NCBI GenBank assembly: GCA_022813865.1
Contig: JALDZX010000003.1
Location: 372,001 to 436,000, forward strand
Source: Xylographa opegraphella
Lineage: Eukaryota
Length of the DNA stretch: 64,000 nucleotides
Reading direction: 5' to 3'
The notes beneath the pieces were generated by a model. It worked only from the letters and a program-made list of their open reading frames with translations. It ran no database searches and had not been told where the DNA came from. Position 1 is the first letter of the stretch. Each line of letters starts with the position of its first letter. Shown one piece after another: positions 51,009 to 63,411 of this stretch. Both the position numbers and the translations under genes were made by a program.

Positions 51009-52495
51009 TCAGACTGCTTTATGCTCCTCCTCTGGCGCGTCCTCGACCGTGGCAGCTTTGAACTCGGCACGCTTGGCTGCCTCTTGTTCGTCGGGCTCAC
51101 GAATGGTCAGGTCGATGCGATCGATGGTCTCGTGGTCATCGGCAACCTGGGCGTTCAAGCCGAAGCCTCGGCGTGGCTTGAGCTGAGATTTCGAGACGAC
51201 CGGGTAGTAGAGCGCCGATTTGGAGGTTCCCGTCGTGCTGCTGCCTTCTGTCTCCTTGGTAGAATTGTCGAGGACAATGGCCAGTTCCTGGTACTTGTCC
51301 GCGTTCTCGTTCTGCAATCCAGTCTCGTAGTCGCGGATGTGAATGTAACGGAAGGAGTCGTTCTCGGCCCCACCTTTAGTGTTGTGGGTGTAGAGCTCCG
51401 GGTTATCCTTGTTGGGGTTGTGGACATCCGTCTTCTGCTTGACGTTTGCAGCGGTACGCTCGTCCTCAGGAAGGAAAAATTCGTAGTTGGCACTCGGCTT
51501 TGGTGGTGCTGGGATGATGTCCGGATTGGCCTCGTGGGCAGCTTGCTTGGCGAGATATTCGCTGAGAGCTTCTGGAGCAAAGCCTACAGCGTGCAGAAGT
51601 GCTGCATCCATTCGCTCGTCATGCTTATCTGTGACATCGGTCGGCTGGCCAGCCAGCTTGACGACCATATATCCACCTTCGTCTGTGTACCCACTAAGGT
51701 CTGGCAAGATCGAGAACGAAGATTTTGCTTTGAGCTGATGCTTGGCAGGGTGCTTCGGATTCTTCCAGGCTTCGTTTTCGGCAACCGTAGGTACAGCACC
51801 ACGGATATTGGTCTGGATGTCGGGGCCTTTGTATGCGTCCTCGGGATTGGCGATGTCGAAGCCTTTGACGGCCTCGCGGAGCACAGTAACATCGTCGTTT
51901 TCCGCTGGGTTGACGACTTTCCGACGTGGCTTTGTGGTCAAGCCGTGACTTTTGCGGGCATTGGCAGCCTCGGCACGACGTTGGTCTTCGGCAACGTATT
52001 GAGTGCGGCGTAAGAAACTGACGCCGCTGAGATCTGATTTTGGTTGGCCCAGAGATCTCAACGGGCGGAGGAGAGCACGGTCGCGTGGATGGACGGGAGG
52101 TGCGACGAGGGGAGCTTGGATCGCTGTCATATATACGCATTAGTCCACCGTGCACAGGCAGTGAGGTAGAAGTAAGGTAGATATAAGTTGTGGTGATCGT
52201 GGTTCGGACGGATCTGTAGTGTTGAATATCACTTACAACTCTCATCACCATCGAAAATTCCAGGCATGCCCACCAAATCGATTGGCATTCCAAGCATAGC
52301 ATCAGCTTCGATGTTGATTTCAGCTGCCCGCGCGAGGCGCTGCGCGTATGAGGGGTGACAGTAGGCACTCAGGCCTTGAGTCGGAATTTCCAAAAGCTTG
52401 GGAGCTCCAGGTGGAGGAGGCAGTGCATTGCTGTAGCGCTGTCGGACGATGTAGTCTTGGTGCACGACATGCTGACGATTTCCAGGTGCAGCCAT
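51009..52495 (-). CDS. paf1: RNA polymerase II-associated factor Paf1, 2 exons
   Basis: Motifs HQDYIVRQRYSNALPPPPGAPKLL, LGMPIDLVGMPGIFDGDES, HPRDRALL, VSFLRRTQY and ALYYPV. Confidence 0.92.
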
Positions 52496-53572
52496 GTCGT
52501 TGGTGTCGTTTGCTGAGTCTGGAGGAGGTGTCAGGAATGATGTCTGGGTTTCCCTCAGTGATCTTGATTATTTGGGCGAGTCGGGCCGTCCATTTTGCCG
52601 TGATTGGGAAAAGTGCGGGAAGAACAGGAAGACGCTAAATCGTAAAGAGAAGTTTTAGACGGTAGGGCTGGTGCTTCACTTAGCAAGACTCTTCTTCACG
52701 CTTCACCTTTGGAGTGCTAATGCTGCTTCCATTTTCCACATTCTAACCTATATCAGTGAGGGCCAAAAGTCTTGTGCACCCTGAGAAGCTTCTCTTAAAG
52801 ACATGTATAGATCAAGATGACCACAGAGTCCTGTTGCGCTTGATATTGAAATCTTGTTGTTGCTAGGTCATACATATGTGATTTACAGTCCAACCAACAA
52901 CTGTTATCGTCATCAATTTCAGAGGATATAAACTCACACAAACCACAAAATACAAAGATGTGTATGCTCAGCTTCTTGCCAGATCTCGACGGTTCTACAT
53001 AGTGCTGGAATGTCCAGCCAGTAGCAGATCTTGTCCCCAATCGCCATGACCACAGACATCGAAAGATGCTGTAACTGATACCCTTCTCCACCGTGGGCTC
53101 ATCGGTATCCGTCATACCGGCGCAGACCAACCACAGTCACGATTAAGCCGGAGTGCCTTCTTTGAGCCAGGTCTTGAAAGGGGCCTGGTGGGTGGAGGGG
53201 ATTTGACTTTGATGGCTGCACATGTTACAACTTTTCTACTCAGACAGGCCATTACTTATGAGTCAGAATGTCTTTTGCGGCATTGTAAAATACCAAGATC
53301 TGGTACAAAGCCATACAAAATTGCTTTAGTGTCGAGCTGTAGCCGCATGCTGTAACAGCTATCATTGATCAACAAAGTTTCTATTTATATGTGGCATTTT
53401 TCGAGGCGTGTAAGTATGAAAAATACAGGTTGAGTTCTCACCATTTTGGCTCCAACATCCCATTAAGACCTTCCCGTGCATCCTCAGCACGATTTCCAAA
53501 CAAACCTTCAAAATACCTCCCCAAAGACCCAACATCCCGCCCCGTGAAAACCCCAATCCTCGATGCACCCTC

Positions 53573-54178
53573 TCACTTCAGCACGACATGCGCGCCCCTC
53601 GCCTCCAAATACTTCTCCGCCCAGCCCTGCGACAGGCCCCTCACGACCTCAAAGACTTCCCGATTGTAATACCTCAACCTCGTCTTCGGATCCGTATACC
53701 CAGGCGTCGGCAAGCCCGTGATATCGCAATACGGCCGCTGATGCGCCGGATGCAAGCTCGGTGCGCTCTCGATATTCGTATACGTAGCCACCGGCCCCGC
53801 CGAGCCCCCTACGGCGCCGCTGACTCCCGCGGTCGCCTGTAGATTACGCTCTAGCACCAGTGTCGACAGGCTCTGCGCCGCCTGCGCGATGTTCGGGTTG
53901 GGGAGGTGCCCGCCGGCGCCGTTGGAGGGGAGCGGCGTGGCGACGCCGGTGGTGATGGAGGGCTGGGGCGTCGATGTACCACTGTTATTCTGCGTCGCGA
54001 GCATGGAGGCTTCTTTGCGGGAGGCTTCGCTGAGGATCTGCTTGATGTTCTTGTTGCGCCGCTGGGAGGGTTTCCAGTGCGGGTTGCGGAAGGGGCGGGG
54101 TTGGAGGGCGAGGTCGAGGGTGTCGAGGAGTTGTTGGTGGGAGTCGTCGATGACGGAAGAGGGGGGTGGGGGTGGCAT
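53573..54178 (-). CDS. ies6: INO80 complex subunit Ies6 (YL1-C domain)
   Basis: Motifs RPFRNPHWKPSQRRNKNIKQIL, TYTNIESAPSL, YCDITGLP..YTDPKTRLRYY and YLEARGAHVVLK. Confidence 0.93.
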   Translation of the reverse strand: MPPPPPSSVIDDSHQQLLDTLDLALQPRPFRNPHWKPSQRRNKNIKQILSEASRKEASMLATQNNSGTSTPQPSITTGVATPLPSNGAGGHLPNPNIAQAAQSLSTLVLERNLQATAGVSGAVGGSAGPVATYTNIESAPSLHPAHQRPYCDITGLPTPGYTDPKTRLRYYNREVFEVVRGLSQGWAEKYLEARGAHVVLK

Positions 54179-55028
54179 TGTGAGTAACGATGTGAATTCT
54201 GGGTAGCTAGGACGACGGCGGCGACGGAAGGGTTGGCGTATACTGGAGAGCTGGAGAAGGTGGGTTGACAAAAATTTTGACTGCAATACGGCGGTACTTT
54301 CAATAGGATGCCTTCACTAAGCTAGCAATTTGCGCTGAGCATGGGCTGTAGTATTTGAGGGGACACCTCAAAAGAATTGTGAACAAGCAGTAGGAGCGTT
54401 ACCCTATCCTAGTCGTAACTTCAGAGTTGAAAAAGTAATTCACGGATCATGTCACTATAGCCTCGGCGGAGCCCACGGGACCCACACCAGAGACAGGCGT
54501 GTATTTGGAAATTCAAGAGTCGTTTACATTACCTCATACCGCTGGGAAATCATCCCGATCTGAGGCTGTGTTCTCGGCCCAGGCTAGAATTAGCGCCTAT
54601 CGCGTTTATATCGTGTAAACCGCGTGAACTCATAGTCATATTACAGGAGTATTCCAGGCCCACGACCCCTTTACCACTACTGAATTTAAGGTACTAACCA
54701 TCTTGCTAATCAGCATGAATTCCACAACAAATTCAAATTCTCCATCATTCAATACGTGAGTTTCCCGAAATAACGAGGATTAAGATGTACGGAGTATCGT
54801 GCAAACCAATCGATAGCGCTGAAAATCCTTGCCAAGATATGGTTGAACAATCGAGGCAGACGAAGAAAGCCCAACTTTATGTGAAACTGGCTTATTCCCA
54901 GCCAGAATTTTCTTTCCCCTACGAGAGTACAGTGTAGTCAACATGTTACAGCTTCTCGATAAGTTCGACAATTGACGAACACTACTCATCATTCGATTTT
55001 GCAGCTCTTGGACTCGGCGATTCGAACT

Positions 55029-57781
55029 TCACGACGCCGCTAGCGTCAGACCTCCGCTATCGCCATCCTGGGAGCCGGAAGTAAGACTGATGAGATCGCA
55101 CTGCTCAACGACACCGCCAGCAATGACGTTCAGCAAACCCAAGTTTGGGGCTGTCAAAGCCTGCGTAAAGTTCGTGTTATAGGCAAAGATCCTTGTATCT
55201 TTGTTGAGAATTTCACAGGCAATGAGCGCCAGAGGGCTGTCGATGCCAGCTGCTTGCACAATGAAAATACCGGGATTACCAGCAACGTCGTGAACCTCGA
55301 TCAGGTTACTAAGATAACTAATTGTCAGCCGCATACATACGAATACCGAAAACAGCGAAGGTACTGACATGCTTCTCGATCCTGATGGCACTGCGGTAGC
55401 ATTCGAAGCTCGAATTGCGCTGACACCCAGAGTGCTCAAATCCCTAGGATTGTAATTGAGAAGGCGGTCGTAAACATCAAGAGTCAGTATATCCGGTGAG
55501 CCACCTTCAGGGCTTCCGAACGGCGCAGAAACGTCGAAATCCGGGTTATCAGCGGGCGCCAGGTAAAGGTTCTCATCGTTCCCTGATACCAAAACGCCAG
55601 TTTCCGATTGATCCATAAGAATACGGTAGATGCGTGTATTGTTGGTCACTGGTGCAGCTTGAGTTGGCACATTGTCTATTGTGAGCGGCACATCGGCTTG
55701 TAGATTGCCGTGGAAAGTGTTGTTGACTGTCTGGAACACATCCGGGTCAGAATTCTGCCGGCGCACTTTCGAAGCTGTACCTATGCCCTTGAGCCTACAG
55801 TGGAGTTAGCTTGATATTGAGAACAAAAAGGCACAGCTCACGTTACGCAGCCAAGATTCTTCGAATAAATCTTATCAACACGCAAGTTATAATCAAGCTT
55901 GGGTACACCTGGAAGACTTGGGAAATCCAGGTAAATCCGGTTCTGAAGACCCAATTCGAAGCCAATGCCGTTACACGACGAGTCACTCGCGGCGGAGGCA
56001 GTAATGAAGCAAGACGGTGTGTCAACAAGAGCTACGGATTTCTTGAACAGTCCGTTGAGGACGTCGAGGCCAAACTCCAGCTTGATTGGCAGTCCAAGAT
56101 CTGCAGTAACAGCAATTGATCCTTGAGCCTTAGCAACCGGGACAAAGCTGGAACTGAAACCAGTAAAGCTGTTTTGCGAAGGATTGACAATATCTAGCGC
56201 AGTAGATCCTTTGGCGATGGTGAGAGTGCCGCCGATAAGGACCTGCGCCGATCCATCGATGGCCAGATTAAGGGCCGTGTTTAAGGACACCTGGGGCCCA
56301 AGAGTGATGATACCTGGTATCGTCAACGGTGAGAGTGGGACGGCAAACAGCTGCTTATCGAACTCGTGCGAAATCTTGCCATTAGCGCTGATGCCGAACT
56401 GGATTACCACGGTGGTCTGTGCAGCATTTATGGTCAGGGATCCAGTCGTCAGTCCTTTGGCAATGCTAAATCCAAGGCGGCCATCAACGTCCACGGAACC
56501 TTTTACGCCACAATCGACACATTGTATAGTTCCGACGGCCCCAATATCAGCAATTGAGAATGCGGTCCCGATTCCAAAGACGGGTGCTACCGATCGTGAA
56601 CTTGTCTGTGAGGCACTGCCAATGTTAATGGGAAACGTGTTCACATAGCTTTTTGTAAACTCATGACTGTAACCTGGGATGATAGCACTGGCGACTTTGA
56701 TAGCACCATCCCGAATCTTGTTGTAGATGTTGAGTGCAGCATCGATTGTGTCTGTCACAAATTTGGGCAATATAGCCTGAGCAAGTGTCAGTAGGGGCAT
56801 CGTCCGATACTTTTGATTTTAATTACCTTTGCCACCTTTACCGCTGCATTCACAATCCAAGAGAAGAACCATCTCTTCTCGATATTGCGGCGAGTAGGTT
56901 GTCCATCATCGCTATTACCGTCAAAAACATCACCGTCTACAGTTGTCACATAGTCTGGAAGATTTGGACCATTAATAGCAGAAGTATTGCCAACCTGGAC
57001 GTTGAAAAAATACTCCAAGGCATCGAAATTCGTGGTCAAGTCGACTGTACTGGAGGCTGCTGTCACCAGGCTAGGTTGAGCGGTATGGATAGCGCGACGA
57101 TCTACCATGGATCGTTTCATTTTCATTGAAGGTGAGCTGTAAGTACCCCAGGCAACGTCGGCTTCTTGGATCGCCTCAACGTTCGCCAATTGCGAGACCG
57201 CTGGCAGCATGACACTCAAAGAATCAAGATCGAAGTGTGGAGCCGAACACTTGAAGAAGCTCCGCATTCCATCAAGGACATTGCCACAACTTGCATGATA
57301 GGTCGCTACTATGAGAGAACCATCGTTAATAGCCCAAGTTCGCTCCGCTAATTGAAATGCATCCAAGGAAGAGAAGACCACGGCAATATCATTCTTCATG
57401 CACTTTACACTTTTTATTCGGTTCGAGTGTTCGAGAAGAACAGTTGGGTGGGTGAAGTTGGTTCCTATGTTGGCATGCTTGGATCCATCAATAGCGGCTG
57501 GACAGTATAACATCAGTTATAGTGCGCTGACTTTGGAGGATGGCATTCTTACGCTTGTGGCCCTCTTGACTGTAGTATAGGTCTTTCGATGTTGCCGGAA
57601 TCAGATGGCTTGGATCGCTCGAGTTGTGAACCGGGCTGAGTCCAGGATATAGTGTTACACCTGGTCGAGCAAACGCTGGTGGTATCTGCAAACGAGGCAC
57701 ACCCGCTCTCAGTGAGGCAGCAGAGATTGTCGAGGCCATGAGATTGAGACATGTTAAGATTTGTAGAAGGTGAAACATCAT
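55029..57781 (-). CDS. Large secreted protein of unknown function (beta-rich C-terminal region), multi-exon
   Basis: Hydrophobic signal peptide, LYY motif, HPTVLLEH..IKSVKC, YHASCG...RSFF, KR sites, CVDCGV and LSPLTIPGIITLGP; four GT-AG introns join the ORFs. Confidence 0.8.
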
Positions 57782-59727
57782 AATGGAGAATCTAGGTGGA
57801 TTTTGATCGACTCTGGAGTGCTCGGTGTGTAATTTGAAGACAAGAATGCCTACAACTAGGAGTCAAGTTGCTCCAGCTTTATAATTCGTCCCATGTTTGA
57901 GACACCACAGTCTCGACTGCCAGGTGCACTGCTTGAACCTCCTCCTTACTCCACATCTGCACCATTCCGGAACTTCCCCGCATCTTGATCATTCAGTATA
58001 ATGTCACACAACATCGTCAAGGAGCTAGAAGCACAGAATGGCATGAAAGGCGGATCTGATTAAACGCATGGGTCTGACCCCGCAGCACATTCGGAGTCGT
58101 GCATGAAGATTGATTCAACTGCGGCCCACCAGTCGCACTGGATAATTCAGACCAAGCGCGGTGTATACTATGTCGAGTATATATCCACCTTGCATCGAAG
58201 TGAAACTTGAGTTCCTGCAAGCCTAGAAGCAAAAACATATCCGTCCCAAAAGCATTGAACAGAGATATGGACTGGTTTCAGCATTGTTCGGATCAAAGCC
58301 AACGACCTTCCCACTATGTGTTCCATTTAAGACATTGAGATAGGTCGACACCAGACCTGATGGACTTGGTGTAACCGTGGGGAAATCTCGTGCGTTCACA
58401 TTAGCGATGTATCACATAATACGCGCTACAAGCTTTATTGTCATATGATGCTTCGGTCCGATAAATACTGACTCGTGAACAATAAGAGTACAGAAGCCCA
58501 GACGAGGCGGACGGTGATATAACAAATGCTATACCGATGTAGTGTGACATGAATTCCCAACTCCACACAAAGATCTGGTCAGCGAGCCAACAAGCCAATA
58601 TGCAGGTTCCCTCCACGAATGCGATGGAGGCCTGCGGAGTCATACACTTCACTTATGGATGAGTGTGAAGCACTCATCCTTCCAGCGACGTCAGGGCCGA
58701 GTCTCAGCGCCGCTACTTGCTAGCGAGGCGCCAAGCTTTCTGGGGAAACGCGCTACAGCTTAGCGTAAATGCGATCTTTGAACCTTGCATTCGGATTCGA
58801 CGCGGGTCTCCCCGGTGCCACAGCATCTGCCCACAACTCCTTGCGAAAGGTAACACACCATGGTAAATCGCCACTGGATCTGTTTCGTGGGATGATGCTG
58901 ATGTTTAGTGGCAGGAGAGTCCACATGAACATCAGCAGAGCTTACTGTTGACGCGAATCATCACGAATGTGGTAAGCGAACAGACACCAATCGTGGCACT
59001 GCTGTATCCCAACCACAATGATAGGAAAAGCTGAATGAAGCGGTGATGGTGCTCAACAAAAGTCTCCAGGTGAGGCTTTCAGCATCAATCGTGGGCATCT
59101 GAGTGGTCGATAATAGTTGCACCGAAGGAAATCAACATCCAAAACATGAACGTGGAGCTCGTTGCTCAAATGTTCAAGAACTACCAGTCAAACGTGCTCT
59201 TTCATTTAGAAGGTGGATGCCCTCCCGTGATGGCCTTGTGATCGTGCTGACCGGAACGATAGCGACGGACAGTCTGAAAGAGCCCTCGTGAGGCGATACT
59301 GATGACCAGACCACGTTGACTTGGCGGATCGTAATTAGATAGGTGGTGAATAACGCTGGCTCTTTGAGACCGGTCTCGCCATAATAGAGAATAAAATTGT
59401 CTAGGAGTACTATATGGAAACAATTAAAGATCAAATCGTTGTGCCCATTTGAGACCGATGATCTGGCAATCAGGTTCGAAGATAGAACTCAGAGATGTCC
59501 CCGGGAGCCAGGGTATGCGGCCGGACTATATATACGCCGTGGGCACAGACCAAGCTTTCACATCAGTAAAGGCATATTGTAGCGATATTAACACCAGCTA
59601 AATGCTTCGTCAGTTTCAGATCTTGGTCGTGGTTACATCAATCATCATGAGTCGACTGAAATCTTGAAGAACGATTGCTGGCTCGTAAAGCTTGAAATGG
59701 TAAATTTCGGCTCCACAAGTGCACAAT

Positions 59728-62192
59728 ATGACTATCCAGTCCATCCGAGTCTTCGAGCCTGCCAACGCTTTCTCCCAGACTTCTCGAAGAAGTAGCCCGA
59801 AGCCTCCTCCGCGTATATGGCACGCAAGTGACCCGCCGTTCAAAGGCTATCAGTCATCGCCCTCTGATGGCTACAAACAAAGCTCCGCCTCCACAGCAAT
59901 TGTTATTGACAATGGTATGCTGCCTTACAACCTTGCATATGAAGTCAATGCTCATACTCCACCGCAGGGTCAAGCTTGGTACGCGCGGGCTGGTCATTCG
60001 ACAAGGCTCCGAGGCTCTCCCTACCGGCGAATGTGGCCCGGTATCGAGACCGTAAGCTCAATAGAACTTGCATGTACGTCGGATACGATGCCTTTGCGGA
60101 TGCTACAACCCGTGGGCAGATCAGAAACGCCTTTGAGCCGGGCAGCAGTATTGTTGCAAACTGGGACGTGATGGAGGGTGTTTTGGACTACACATTCCTC
60201 AAGCTCGGCTTAGGCAGCGTTGAGGAAGGAATAGGCCGACCAGTCCTGATGACCGAGCCTGTGGCAAATCTAGGATATTCGAGAAAAAGTAGGTTTCGTA
60301 AAAGCCTCGATGGGTTTTGTTGACGTCCTATTAGCTATGAACGAGCTCCTCTTTGAATGCTACTCGGCGCCTTCTGTTGCTTACGGTATTGACTCCTTGT
60401 TGTCTTACAGGTACAACAAGGGGAAAAATGGGCTCGTTGTATCTTCATCGCATTCCTCTACACATATCATACCAGTACTCGATTCCAAGCCGGTCATATC
60501 CAGCGTTTCTAGGCTCAATTGGGGAGGATATCACGGTGCCGATTACCTTCTGAAGCTGCTGCGGCTGAAGTACCCGACATTTCCTGGAAAGATGACGGAA
60601 TCTCAAGCTCAGGGAATGGTTCGCGACCATTGCTACATATCTCAAGACTTTGATGGTGAGATGCGCCGGTACTTGGATTGGACAGGTTTGGAAGACCGAG
60701 ACCATCTGATTCAATATCCTTTCACAGAGCATGTAGTTGTTGAGAAGACCGAAGAAGAATTGGCGAAGATTGCAGAACGCAAAAAGGAGAGTGGTCGCAG
60801 ACTACAAGAGCAAGCAGCCAAGATGAGGCTTGACAAACTTGTCCGCAAAGAACAGGAGCTTGAGTACTTCAAAGACCTACAGCAGCGGCTTGTAAATCAG
60901 ACCAAGAAAGAGATCAAGCGCTTACTGGATGAAGACGAGTTCAAGGACGAAGCGCAGCTCGACCGAACGATCAAGGAACTCGAGAAATCGGTTCGCAAGG
61001 CCAGAAGCAAGGATGTTGGCGGTCTAGAAAATGCGGAACAGGAGGAGGAGCAAACTTTCCCTCTCCTTGATGTGCCAGATGACCAGTTGGATGAAGCAGG
61101 CCTGAAGCAGAAGCGCCATCAACGGCTAATGAAGTCAGGTGTCGAAGCCAGAGCAAGAGCCAAGGTTGAAAAGGAGCAGGAAAAGGCTCGAGTGGCAGAG
61201 GAAGAACGTCGAGACGAAGAACGACGGCAGAACGATCTTAACGGGTGGCTTGAAGGGAAACGAGCTGCACGGGCCGCAAGTGAAGCTGTTCCCGTCAGTT
61301 GCTGTTGAGGCTAACCTGGACGCAGGCTTATCTTCAAAAAATCAAGGAGCGAGATAGATTGAAAGCAGACCTTGGAAATCGAAAATCACTTGCTAGTCAG
61401 ATGCGAATGAAGACGTTGGCCAATCTAGCGTCGGATCAGCCGGGACGCAAGCGCCGACGAGGAGGGGACGACGACAATTTCGGTGCCAACGACGACGATT
61501 GGGGTGTCTACCGTACCGTTCAAACCGGGGACCAGAGCGAAGATGAGGAGGAGGAAGACCTTGGAGCAGGATTAAAGAACATCGAAGCCCAGCTGCTACA
61601 GTACGATACGACGTTCACGGAGAACAACACACTCGAGGCGCAATCCGACTGGACAAAAAGTCTGATCCACGCTTTTCTGCGGGGTCCTCGTCCCTTTGAC
61701 CCTGAAAGCCAGAAGGAGGCGCACCAAATTCATTTGAATGTCGAGAGGATCCGCGTCCCAGAGATCGTGTTTCAGCCTGCCATAGCTGGGCTTGATCAAG
61801 CGGGCCTCGTGGAGATCGTCGCTGACATCATTAATCAACGATTTACTGCCGTTCAAGATCGGGATGCTTTGCTCAAGGACATTTTCTTGACCGGGGGCAA
61901 TACGTTATTTCAGGGGTTCGATGAACGTTTCAGTCGGGATCTTCGCAGCGTTCTCCCGACCGAGGCAGTCGTGAGCGTTCGACGGGCAGGAGATTCGCTC
62001 AATGACACTTGGAAAGGTGCAGCGCAGTGGGCACGCGAGCCAGGGTTTGCGGCGACATCCGTGACACGGGAGGAGTACTTGGAGAAGGGGTCGGAGTACC
62101 TCAAGGTATGGATTTGAGATGGCCCGATGAGCCCCGGCAGCCACTGATGCAATACTTAGGAACATAATCGAGGCAATCCTGCGGCAGTCTGA
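59728..62192 (+). CDS. arp5: INO80 complex actin-related protein Arp5, 5 exons
   Basis: Motifs AIVIDNG, RAGWSFD, WDVMEGVLDY, MTEPVANLGYSRK, ERKKESGRRLQEQAAK, LNVERIRVPEI.FQP and EYLEKGSEYLKEH. Confidence 0.95.
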
Positions 62193-63411
62193 AGGCTCCG
62201 CATAAAGTCCATGAAGAACAGAATCATTACGAAGCAAAGGGCCTGATTGCAGCGAGCTGTGACGAAAGGGATTACCTGTGAATGGTCTTCCGAAAGCATC
62301 AGAACGGTGGCAAGTTCGGAGCGTGTGGGGGAGACAAGGTATTTTCCATCGTCGTTCCGAAACATGGTGATGCGTGAAACTGACCGACCGATGCACAGTT
62401 TGCCTCCACCTGGTGTTTGTAGTCGTCCTTGGAAGAATGGCGCCTTCCAGAAGTGAGGAATTCTAGGCGGCCGCGTAGTTTGCGAACTATGGCTGTAAAG
62501 AGGCCTGATGTGCTATAATCTTCAAGCGACCATCCTAAAATAGATATATGATGGTGTACTTCTCGTCAAAGATGTGGACAATTCCTCCGAGACCCTTGCT
62601 TTCATAGCAATCACAGTAATACCTTGGTCCTAATATCATTCTATGGTCTTTTCTTCGTCTTCAGTTTTGCCTAGTTGCATACCGGCTTCAAGGTTGCCAA
62701 AGCGATACGAGCCAGTGTGGTCGTTGCAATCCATCAGTAGCTTTCCCATTTGTCCCATGCCACTATTTTATCAAAGTTGTGGCAATTGCAACTGGGAGCG
62801 TTCGAGGTAGCAACCAATTAAACACGAGGTCAGCTATTTGCAAGCATCATGACTAACCGGCGGACGCGGCGTGACCATTCGGAGGGGGCATCAGTCATCA
62901 CTTCCGCGTATTTTAGCGGCGTCCAAAATATGTGTGTGTGGTTGCACTGCAGAGCGCGGATGTCGGCGCAACCATTCCACCGGCAAGGATCTTGGCCTGA
63001 GTGGGACTTAGCCTGCCTTTTTATGCTGTTTTATGCTGTTTTGTGCTAGCGCCGGATGGAATTTCGCATTTGCAACTACTTAGTCATCAATCAATCCTTC
63101 GGTCACCAAACCACGAAGGAAGGAGTCCTCGCAGTGTATATCGTCAGCAAACAGTCTCGAATAAGGCAGCTACTCGCCTGCCTTCTCCTCATCCGTTGTT
63201 ATTGCTCCTTCCTCGGTCGTATTCGTGGAGTTGTGGAGTCGAGCACCATTTCGGCCATTTCGCTGCCGGGCTCGCTTCCGTCGGCTGTCATAATCCACCG
63301 GCTCTGCCTTCGACCAAGATCAAAATTCCCCCCCGCCCACGAAAGCGTAGATCGACCACTCAGGAATTAGTCATCTCACCTGCTTCCTTTCCATCCCACC
63401 GACTCAACAGA

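Noticed and set aside
51021..52013. 330-aa ORF antisense to paf1
   Set aside because: In-register shadow of a codon-biased gene, with no recognisable motifs.
59055..59165. AAAGTCTCC ... TGGAGCTC resembling RNase MRP P4 strands
   Set aside because: Spacing is only about 95 nt, the pairing is imperfect, and other conserved regions are not evident.
59560..59580. TGCCTTTAC on the - strand resembling U5 snRNA loop 1
   Set aside because: One U short of GCCUUUUAC, with no closing stem or Sm site.
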